Origin: a virus
IMG/VR virus record: IMGVR_UViG_3300025674_000016
Location: 1 to 64,000 of that record
Length of the DNA stretch: 64,000 nucleotides
Reading direction: 5' to 3' (one strand)
The notes under the pieces were generated by a model. It had not been told where the DNA came from, searched no databases, and worked only from the letters and a program-made list of their open reading frames with translations. Position 1 is the first letter of the stretch. Each line of letters begins with the position of its first letter. Both the position numbers and the translations under genes were made by a program. Positions 57,201 through 64,000 of this stretch are shown here, piece by piece.

Positions 57201-59853
57201 AAACACCTATACACAGTTCCATAACGGGACACCTGCAAACGTTAAGCCCAGTCCTCTATATGCTCGCAGGGATTTATATTATTCTGGTAGTGGAGAGGTT
57301 TTTGCTTGCGGCGATGCTAACTGGCAAGCAGCAGAACAATCCGGTAAGTATCCTTTTTATGATACATATGATGATTTCTCTGAGGAAATTAAAAGATATG
57401 GAAAAGATTATTCCATCGTACCAGAGTTTAGAATATCAGATCACATGGAATATTTTCTCAATGAAACTGAGCTTCCTGATGATCCTAGGGGTTTTAGGAC
57501 AATAATAGACGACCTCTTTAAGACGGAGGGCGCAAGCATAACTTCTAGTGCAGACCCCTCTTTTATTGAAGGAAAAGGTTTTTATCAAGTCTATTCTACT
57601 TCTGACTTTTTAAAATACTTTGATATTCTTGAGGCAGACCATAGTGCAAACGAACAAATAGGTGGCGCAAATTCAATTAGGCTGACATGCAAGGCCATTA
57701 AGAAGTTTAGGCCAAGAGAAGGCTTCTACCCCGCACAAAGAACTATGCAATTGGCAACTTTGTTTAGCAAGTCTTTTGGAAAATATACAAACCTTGAAGG
57801 TTCTGACGCAAACTTTAGAACAATGATGCAGCCTTTCTTTGCCCCTGGTATTATGTACAACTCAATAAAGTCTGGTGTTGCTGTTGATTATCCCGTTTAT
57901 TTGCAGCCTTATGATAAGTTTGTAATTGATGATTCCCTGTCTGTGGGTACTGCTGCTTGGACTCAACTTGCCCTATATTCCGCTGGCGGATATATCAGTA
58001 CTGGATATCCGCCCTTTTACGGCAGAGCTGCAAATTTGGGAAGATACGGAAGCTTAAATGGCAGTAACAAAAAAGAATATGTTTTAAGCTCAAGCTTCCA
58101 GGCTAGAGTGCCATTTGAGGCAATCTTAGACCCATCAATAATTTCTAATGCCCCAATTCATGATAATGAGCCTCACATTAGTGCGTCTTTAAATTCAACT
58201 GCTAGTTTTTATGGTGGGCCAACTATTAATCTTTATTCGCTCGCGGCCCACAACTTTACGGCAGAAGTGGCTAGTTTCTATTTGAAGGGTGGAGGGTTCA
58301 CCTCAATAACATCTAAATCGTCAAGAACACCTAGCTTTTTAACAGTTGAGAAAGTGGGAAATGAGTATAAAGAATACTCTATGGATGTTATCTTAACAGC
58401 ACAATTAGGGCAACAGACTAGTGTTGAAGTTGGTAGCCTTTTTGGAGGAACAACAGAATATGACATTATAACAAAAACTATAGAGATGTATGATAACCCA
58501 ACGGCTTTTGGTCCAATCTGCAATTCAAACTCAAACTCAGGCTCTTTGGAATACGAAGTTGGTGTGCTGGTTGGTACTCCTCTTCATAGTATTACTGCAT
58601 CATATGTTGATGTTACGCCATTTACTCCACCATATTATAATGGTTTTTCAAGAGTAAGGCTAACATACAAGCCAACATTTGACAGAACAACCTTAAGGGG
58701 CTTATTGACAAACATAACAGCCTCTTTTTATAGAGGTTCGATTATGAACTCTGGTTCTTCCGCAGTTTGTGCAACAGACGCAATGCAAATAACAGCATCA
58801 GTAAATGTATTTGACCCAGCTAAGTGCATGCTTACAGATAAATTAGTAGAGTTTGATGAATTAGGAAATATTATTTCAATAAAAGAAGATCCCGATGCTG
58901 GGGATAGGTGGGTAATCTCTACAAAGTTCGAGACACCAGTATTAGATTTTTCAAACGCGGAAAGAGACATTCCCTCTGATGGTAGCGAAGATCGGGGTGT
59001 TGTTCCAAAAGGCATGTGGCACCAATACGGAGAGATACCAACAGGGGAAGAACAAGGCATCTTTTTGCAAATTAAAAACATACCAGAAAGCGAGAAGGAC
59101 AACATAAATCTTACTGGTTCACTTGCAGATCTTGTTGGTTTCGACAACCAACAAAGAACAAAAAAGATTGGACAATTGCCAGATTCAAAAGAAGTTTATG
59201 AAGCAATTGTTGCGATACCTTTCCTTGAGGGTGAGAATGGAGAGCAGAGATTTTTACCCATTCCAAGGCAAGAAGTGGACGCTTCGCTGCTAAACTTAAC
59301 TAACGTACTTAATGTGCAAGCAAGGCCAGTTCTGAATAGTCCAATCACACCAGAACTCCCATCTGCAAATTCTGTTACAAATATGGTGAGAAAAATGCAA
59401 AAATATGTGTTCCCACCAAGATTTGATTTCTTGACTTACTCTGACATAGATCCTTTTGCTATGTATATTTTTGAATTTAAACATGTATTCTCAAAACAGG
59501 ACTTGGCAGACATGTGGCAGAACCTAAGCCCAGCGTCTGCCACAAGTTTTCAGGTTGCAGAGTCCGCGATTCAGCATGATATTCTTGCTAGGGAACTGAT
59601 TAGCTCGGATGATATAAATGGCATGACGGCTAGCGGTAAATTGAGATGGATGGTGTTTAAGGTAAAACAGAAGGGCTCAAAGAACTATTATGAAAAAACA
59701 CTAGCAAACTCAGATGATGACAGGTTCAATGTTGCGCTACCTGGTAGAGATGATGTTGTTCCTGAATATAGTTACAACTGGCCTTATGATTATTTTTCAC
59801 TAGTGGAGCTAATTAAGCTAGAAGCAGAAGTCGAGTATACCAAGAAGGAGTAG
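51280..59853 (+). CDS. giant (2857 aa) baseplate/tail protein with LamG-like domains
   Basis: TIEFW...WKHYA...FYVNG...GSIDEFRFW..R; KSKGTEKS.RNLIRCFG (wedge gp7/P2 I-like). Confidence 0.8.
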   Translation: MSIKDLFQPKRALKVLSQKSVEEVASDVESVEYLRLAIQDKKRFFPQVDFSRPGTFSKFGSAEEYFESSIFRIYAQYPYDGSLKEKLQWELSSSYLDLHIFENEYPRTNGYAIFSPSGWGTLQTTVGDYGESNSDEYITLKGGPNKDPNTSETKKIFPSDGGIANIYDTSNNRESNLKFDLRNNGVTIEFWFKQDSFNVADTKKQVIFDLWNGQPSSSADYGRLTLEISGTAASESPFYVTAQSGTAGCFNEQIGSSIAGTGSLETWKHYAFNFTKKITSPFSSNVQVKFYVNGDLNSTQLLGTKGINEVTGDLIANIGALRTSPSGNIFHNQEMEGWGKLSGSIDEFRFWKTSRSSKQIGRYWFSQVGGGTNTDLANTDLGVYYKFNEGITEKSSIDSVVLDYSGRITNGTWTGYTTSSRNTGSAMVLSNAAEREFKDPIIRTNHPTLSDFITSKKLDGKAFDSYNSSQLYKSLPAWVLEEDEEHSANIKKLTQIMSNYFDTLHLQMDLFPHIQDVTYPSGSLTGISRPLPFSKDLLTSRGLITPDIFADATVLEYIGDRDEDREYENDLETIKNTIYKNIYNNLSFIFKSKGTEKSFRNLIRCFGVDDELVKVNMYANEYTYTFENNYKHISRRTNYADFNHPTRFNATVHQYPDSNNVNTVSYISGSKSDYLEQGLAITFETEVLFPKTFDKSSVHFFDPPGLVSSLFGAHTADTSLSDTDTTTATPDVANFQVFSVRRDETSKDVTFKLTGSAGGYFPELTSSIFADTYDNERWLLAVRVAPTKFPNVGQLDGDDDTYTINFYGVNTTFGDVSGEFELTGTIPSSQGLEIVSNPKRFFIGAHRENLTGSVLNKTDVKISNCKVWYDYISNEDLKAHSLDPASFGTSNPSRRAFLHEDNIGKKSISQAETLALHWTFETVTGSDSAGKFLVPDLSSGSVLDENRHGWISKITNRQHSGQGYGFQSNFTSSIDKDFIFSYKQQLPEILSSEDTVNIVNQDDLVFTRENRPQSFFFAIEKSMYQEISYEILKMFSTMKDFNNLIGEPVHRYRQSYKSLEKLRQLYFERVRNTPDFERFVDFYKWFDDSLSDLIRQLVPASAMMSEEIMTVVESHILERNKYWHKFPTLESQQIEPEAGARGINELSYNWKIGHAPVSSRESDNCFWWNQKAEREGVVSSGDAGADSSRGSILSASLQVFNRKLSTPHKLVVGESSVIKSGVSIHHNNKADFFKSEISTLGTPKTITASFDNYFKDCNDDRPETEKTKISLSVEDLSVLDGEAKGEMVLPFSVFSSSANPLFAISTDKEITNLHKDYSNKSYETPLQGPFTQEHVGGLQHRNIGAIDFLANTDNNTINSRPEGFRIRINGSTVYVDGASKGTDGVTNLNLPRAIFFRDETSKRPVNIKNIKSSTSNGILGNYTEDHEIVQTSNRRINNSWFTYSGSAENLETPSVLADLDSFVIGTGSFSSLEATEYTKPQRGKNKHVIVERFSAPGGPETAGDANGGIGLDALSAEYSIYNMMNYRNNIVRTSLNDRSIEHAGQFGTRQGTSISELDYDNTAAFHKVNRNTLRRIELSGSNDTIVTGTVRDNLFIQHPIPQGDLGYAWITASAISAPLGYARDSRQYPTAADTITFLSASSFGLYDDGGDIYFGIDEVEAGLSGYPMFYNFDFVGLNIGLSEPIVSSTNTIGLDSSEDVAEYINRTVAISLGPYDDYRARVLNSINLNRNGPYGYPTFKQIRTGEHKVARDQRKNNRLDHITPARRTRVLGREIAIPPVKSTVIEPPLSSRFKPMSHTLRMETRIEEGESEEKEFILKHTYANNLTYFANKFLDDRLTKFDGSPLQNNIRQIYNEITDLYIRADMDDMRNPVSDFISLRYKETIYPREENTFLNRTRSRVNYDVAEILKWRSSRIDRASGSLTNSLGEPQTASLWPLDGRFDGTGFTSATTLRVDQVVAGAASPGLDNSGELLNTYTQFHNGTPANVKPSPLYARRDLYYSGSGEVFACGDANWQAAEQSGKYPFYDTYDDFSEEIKRYGKDYSIVPEFRISDHMEYFLNETELPDDPRGFRTIIDDLFKTEGASITSSADPSFIEGKGFYQVYSTSDFLKYFDILEADHSANEQIGGANSIRLTCKAIKKFRPREGFYPAQRTMQLATLFSKSFGKYTNLEGSDANFRTMMQPFFAPGIMYNSIKSGVAVDYPVYLQPYDKFVIDDSLSVGTAAWTQLALYSAGGYISTGYPPFYGRAANLGRYGSLNGSNKKEYVLSSSFQARVPFEAILDPSIISNAPIHDNEPHISASLNSTASFYGGPTINLYSLAAHNFTAEVASFYLKGGGFTSITSKSSRTPSFLTVEKVGNEYKEYSMDVILTAQLGQQTSVEVGSLFGGTTEYDIITKTIEMYDNPTAFGPICNSNSNSGSLEYEVGVLVGTPLHSITASYVDVTPFTPPYYNGFSRVRLTYKPTFDRTTLRGLLTNITASFYRGSIMNSGSSAVCATDAMQITASVNVFDPAKCMLTDKLVEFDELGNIISIKEDPDAGDRWVISTKFETPVLDFSNAERDIPSDGSEDRGVVPKGMWHQYGEIPTGEEQGIFLQIKNIPESEKDNINLTGSLADLVGFDNQQRTKKIGQLPDSKEVYEAIVAIPFLEGENGEQRFLPIPRQEVDASLLNLTNVLNVQARPVLNSPITPELPSANSVTNMVRKMQKYVFPPRFDFLTYSDIDPFAMYIFEFKHVFSKQDLADMWQNLSPASATSFQVAESAIQHDILARELISSDDINGMTASGKLRWMVFKVKQKGSKNYYEKTLANSDDDRFNVALPGRDDVVPEYSYNWPYDYFSLVELIKLEAEVEYTKKE

Positions 59854-59858
59854 TAGCA

Positions 59859-60893
59859 TTGACTTTCTTTAATAGAAAAGAAGAAGTAATAGACATAGAA
59901 CTAACACAGTTTGGCAAACACAAGCTATCTAAAGGCATGTTCAAGCCCGCTTATTATGCTTTTTTTGATGATGATGTAATTTATGATTATAAGTTTGCTG
60001 GTATTACCACAGAGACTCAAAATCAAATAACCGACAGAATCAAAGAAACTCCAAGACTTAGAACTCAGTATGCATATAGTGGAATAGAATCTGAGATAAC
60101 AAAAAATATAGCCGACATAAGAAGAGAAAATACAGTTGGAGATAGATTAGAGTTCTTGATGATCCAGCCAACAGCAGAAAAGCATTTCAACAGTGCATCA
60201 CCAATTGGCAATTCACAACTAGGAACTCAGAAATCTCCAACATGGCAATTAAATTTTCTAAAAGGCACAATAAGTGGATCTGTGTCAATACAAACCAATG
60301 CAGAGCAACCGTCTTTGAGAATACCTCAAGTAGATGTAGAGGTAAAATATGTAACCAATGTGCTTAGAGTTGATCAAGTGCCCGAAGAAAATGAAGCTTG
60401 GAATGATTCTGCTACCGATACAACATTAAATATTGAATTTGAAGATGGAACAGATATACATGTAAAAGAAGATTATGTGGTCCTGCAAGTTGAAGAGCTT
60501 AACAGTTTAAACTTAAATAAAGAATTTGATATAGAGGTCTTTAAAGTAGAGAAAGAAGTTGTAAATGGCGAAACAACTGATAGAGAAATGCTGATCCCGC
60601 TCAAGTTTCAACCTGATTTCCAAAAAAATTATAGAATTACTGATAACAATGTTTATGTTCCAACAAGAACTAGAAGACAAGAGATATATGCTCCTGAAAG
60701 AGATAACGTTGAATATTTTCTAGACATAGATATAGATTCGCAAATTGATTCTCAATTGATGTGTGAATTGAAACCAGCAGACAGGACAAAGGGTCTATAT
60801 TCTAAAAGATTCTACGAGTGTGAAGATGTGGTGCAGGAAGTTGACAATATTTATGAACCAGAGTCTCCTTATGAAGACCCGTGTGAGGACTAA
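59859..60893 (+). CDS. virion structural protein
   Basis: TTG start; IDIELTQFGK..L..G.F..AYYAFFDDDVIYD. Confidence 0.75.
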   Translation: MTFFNRKEEVIDIELTQFGKHKLSKGMFKPAYYAFFDDDVIYDYKFAGITTETQNQITDRIKETPRLRTQYAYSGIESEITKNIADIRRENTVGDRLEFLMIQPTAEKHFNSASPIGNSQLGTQKSPTWQLNFLKGTISGSVSIQTNAEQPSLRIPQVDVEVKYVTNVLRVDQVPEENEAWNDSATDTTLNIEFEDGTDIHVKEDYVVLQVEELNSLNLNKEFDIEVFKVEKEVVNGETTDREMLIPLKFQPDFQKNYRITDNNVYVPTRTRRQEIYAPERDNVEYFLDIDIDSQIDSQLMCELKPADRTKGLYSKRFYECEDVVQEVDNIYEPESPYEDPCED

Positions 60894-63800
60894 TGGCTAA
60901 TTTAAGATTTGATACAAGAAGTATATTGGGGACTTTAGTTCCTAATGCCTATATTGATAAGATTACTCTAGAATCTAGTGGCGATGTTAATGTAGAGAAA
61001 AATCCTCATATTGATGAAGTTGCATCTTTTGGGCAGCGAAATATTAGAACAACAACTGACGAGCTAGGCCAACAGTTTATATTGACTGATGAAGAAGAAA
61101 CAGAGCAATTTGACGAGAACCAAGTCCTTGGCGGCGCAGGGTCTTTTTTAACAGTCAAAGTTGACGTGCTTTTAAAAGATATTATAGAAGACAACGCCAT
61201 CTCTTCTTGGCTGGAACAGCGCGATGTTCTTGCGCAGACCCCAAACCTACTTTCACTTCTTAATGTTGCTGCAATTGTTAGTACAGATAAAGATATAACA
61301 AATGTAATTTTAAGATCTAATAATTCGATTGCAGATATGGTCTTTGGCGGGGCAAGCTTAAAATCCAACATAATAAGCTATATATCCCCAAGAATTGGCA
61401 TAAAATCAGATCAAATATTAAACAACCCAGCATATCAAAGAATCCTAGACACTAGGGCAGAAGGCAACAGGCCGCGCTGCGAAGAGAACATAAGAGCAGA
61501 GTCGATTAGATTCAGAATATCTAATAGTAATATTGGCACTCGTGGAAGGTCAGAAATACAAGAAACATCAGACGGAGTTAGAATTAGAAATTTTAATATA
61601 AGATTTCAATTTACAGATATAAAAAATATAAATCCAAATGATTTAGATATTTTTGTTTTTGCATACATTGATATAAATAATTTTTCAGAACAATTACTTG
61701 GATTAGATACGCAATATAACTATAATAGATCTGCTTTACAATTTGCCACTGGCAATGCCGCACATAGATCTATTATATCCAATGGGTCAATTGTCAGAAA
61801 TGCTACTGCATTTAGAAAGTCAGATGGATCTTTTTGGATAGGGCCAGTTCACCAAATGCCCAACGGTGCATGGATGGCGGGGGCTTCTCATGGGGGAGGA
61901 GGTCCAGAAATATTTTTAGAAAAAGTAGTACTGCCTAACATATCCATCCAAGACTTTAGAAATATTGAGAACATAGAAAAAAATATTCAAAATCTATCCC
62001 TTTTTGAATCCACCGCATATCCAGCCTTTGGCAAGATATTCAAAGAAAGAGTAAAGAAAAATCTAACAATCTCAGATGTATCATCTTATTTCTCAGATCT
62101 TTACCTATCCAGAAGCAAAGACGATAGCGCAACTTTATTCTTTTCTTTTAATTTTGATAAGTTTGCAAAAGAAAACACAACCTATCCAAACTTACTATCC
62201 TCTATGCCAAGCTTATTGGCCGAAAATTTTGAGATTTTAAATTTAAAAATAATAAGAAGAAGAGTTCAGAAGCCAAGCAACTTTAAAAATAGTGAAATAG
62301 GATTCGAAGTTGACAGCAGAGAAATACATATATTCGATAAAGAACAAGTAGAGTCCACAGTAATACAGGCCAAGCAAGTTGGATCTTCAATACCCTCTTT
62401 AGAGGGCGCTATTTTTGGAAATTCAATTAGAGAGCTAAGAGCCACTCAAGAAATTGGAGTAAGATGCTTCTCGGTGAAAGACAGGTCCATAGGATCTTCT
62501 ACTGATGGTTTTTATCAATATGGCGTCGAAATACAAGTAAGAGATTCTTTGGCAGACTTTTTAAATTCCAAACTCGCACAACTTGTTCAAGAAAGAAAAA
62601 ACCTTTATAATTATTTTGTGGATGCATCGCGCCCATTTGGATCTCATAGAGATCCAGAAGAGTTACCAAGAGACCCACACGTTAATGTTCTTAGGCGATC
62701 CATTTCAAGCGAACCAGAAGAAGAAGAAAGAGGAAACTATAATCTATACACGAACCGCTTTACCCAAGGGTTTATTGAAAAAATTGAATCAGATTACGCA
62801 ACAAGAGAAAACCAGAAGCCTTGGATAAGAGCAACTTCTTTGATGACAGAAATACTCTTAATCTTATCTGGTGAATCTATAGGCACAGGGACTGATTTTA
62901 ATTATTTATTTGCAAGAGATATATGGACCCTATGTTCCCCGCAAACTGGTACGCCTGACGGAATTCAAACAGTTATTGGTCTTTTAGATCGGATAATCAG
63001 CAGAATGAGCAATATGTTGGGAGCCAGCCACTCAACAGTAACTGAGGACTCTACTGGTGCGACTAGAAGAAATAGTTTAGATGGCGGGGGATCTAGCTCT
63101 TCTTCTTCCGAGGCAAAGAAGAATATTCATACAATAAAATATTATTTTAATAATGCAATTTTTGATTCAAATATAATGAAGCAAACTGGTTTTCACTTCT
63201 TGCCTAGGGTCGGACAAAATGCAAGTGATTTTATTAGCGAAGGTTTTGCGGGAACAACAACTCTAACCTCTGGGCAGTTTAGAGGTAGACATGTAACAGA
63301 GGTTTTGAAATATTTTAATGATCTGAACCCGCAACTTTCCACAGAAGAGGTGACTGATTTTGAACTTATTCAAATGCTAGTAAATATTAATCCATCTAGC
63401 TTTAGTTACTTATCTACATCTACAGTCATGACAAACGGACAATCTTTCTTCTTGGACGGAGAAAGCTCAGACGATAATATTGCTATTTTGGCTAGCAATA
63501 TTATGAACCTTAAGTCGCCCCCAAACGAACCAAAAAGGATGCTCTCTCCAGTCGGCAGAAGCGCGAACGAATGGAATGAAATAACGACCTTAAAAGATAG
63601 AATTATTAGAGACAATTTGATAGATGTGTTAGCCGATAAAAATTGCACAATAGAGACCCCAGCATCACCAGCACTGTTGGTAGAAGATTTAACAATGTCT
63701 CGTTTTCAAACGAGATTGCAGAGAGATAGCGAATCTGACTTATCCGGGCAGAACGTTAATTTTAGAGATTACTTAGGAGAGTCATCTCAAGCCCCAAATC

Positions 63801-64000
63801 AATTAAGAGAAAATCTAGATAGAATAATAGATATCCACACCAGAAGAGATGGCGATGTATTCAACCCAGGTGTTATATTTCTAAAATTAATGGTAAACTT
63901 TATTGTTGATAACGAATCTTTATTTAGAGATCTGCCAGGAGGTTCTCTAGGGGACTTATCAGAACTGACGAAGATAGATAATTTTAATTTAAGAAGCGAA
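60893..64000 (+). CDS. large hypothetical structural protein, partial (at least 1036 codons; absent from the ORF track)
   Basis: ATG 60893 overlaps upstream TAA; MANLRFDTRSILGTLVPNAYIDKITLE...; frame open where spot-checked through to the window end. Confidence 0.8.
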   Translation, partial: MANLRFDTRSILGTLVPNAYIDKITLESSGDVNVEKNPHIDEVASFGQRNIRTTTDELGQQFILTDEEETEQFDENQVLGGAGSFLTVKVDVLLKDIIEDNAISSWLEQRDVLAQTPNLLSLLNVAAIVSTDKDITNVILRSNNSIADMVFGGASLKSNIISYISPRIGIKSDQILNNPAYQRILDTRAEGNRPRCEENIRAESIRFRISNSNIGTRGRSEIQETSDGVRIRNFNIRFQFTDIKNINPNDLDIFVFAYIDINNFSEQLLGLDTQYNYNRSALQFATGNAAHRSIISNGSIVRNATAFRKSDGSFWIGPVHQMPNGAWMAGASHGGGGPEIFLEKVVLPNISIQDFRNIENIEKNIQNLSLFESTAYPAFGKIFKERVKKNLTISDVSSYFSDLYLSRSKDDSATLFFSFNFDKFAKENTTYPNLLSSMPSLLAENFEILNLKIIRRRVQKPSNFKNSEIGFEVDSREIHIFDKEQVESTVIQAKQVGSSIPSLEGAIFGNSIRELRATQEIGVRCFSVKDRSIGSSTDGFYQYGVEIQVRDSLADFLNSKLAQLVQERKNLYNYFVDASRPFGSHRDPEELPRDPHVNVLRRSISSEPEEEERGNYNLYTNRFTQGFIEKIESDYATRENQKPWIRATSLMTEILLILSGESIGTGTDFNYLFARDIWTLCSPQTGTPDGIQTVIGLLDRIISRMSNMLGASHSTVTEDSTGATRRNSLDGGGSSSSSSEAKKNIHTIKYYFNNAIFDSNIMKQTGFHFLPRVGQNASDFISEGFAGTTTLTSGQFRGRHVTEVLKYFNDLNPQLSTEEVTDFELIQMLVNINPSSFSYLSTSTVMTNGQSFFLDGESSDDNIAILASNIMNLKSPPNEPKRMLSPVGRSANEWNEITTLKDRIIRDNLIDVLADKNCTIETPASPALLVEDLTMSRFQTRLQRDSESDLSGQNVNFRDYLGESSQAPNQLRENLDRIIDIHTRRDGDVFNPGVIFLKLMVNFIVDNESLFRDLPGGSLGDLSELTKIDNFNLRSE

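Noticed and set aside
1-64000. Stop-codon reassignment
   Set aside because: Code 11 gives near-complete coding density with multi-kb ORFs; TAA, TAG and TGA all end genes at coupled junctions.

Overview
A gene-dense, mostly + strand, AT-rich segment of a very large tailed (myovirus-like, jumbo/huge) bacteriophage genome using standard genetic code 11. Left to right: (1) a short leftward early block (GC-rich gene, GIY-YIG nuclease); (2) a peptidoglycan-binding cell-wall hydrolase and, from about 2.2 to 18.2 kb, a long cluster of proteins that share short leader motifs (MK[LI]T-x3-L-x2-[LI]I-x-E; MKLIFENWR) and [IL]-x-E junctions but carry unrelated cargo: pre-toxin TG plus pentapeptide repeats, poly-Lys peptides, ART-like domains, a protein kinase and an HExxH protease. 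I read these as head-packaged, protease-matured cargo proteins; the DNA shows scars of leader shuffling. An early operon (TauD-like, membrane protein, purA) interrupts the cluster; (3) a tmRNA (tag DESQFEYAMAA) and two unannotated structured RNA candidates, each with its own sigma70-type promoter; (4) a trypsin-like protease, PIN-PhoH and a Cas4-like nuclease; (5) an 11 kb glycan-synthesis island (GT4 x2, GT2, GT47, GT8-like, methyl- and sulfotransferases, two epimerases including a GDP-mannose 3',5'-epimerase-like enzyme, cupin); (6) a sigma-like gene and a baseplate module (split gp5-like hub with hydrolase/M15/amidase enzymes, gp25, gp6, 2089 aa and 2857 aa proteins, and an ORF running off the right end). 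All family calls come from motif recognition by eye, not database searches.
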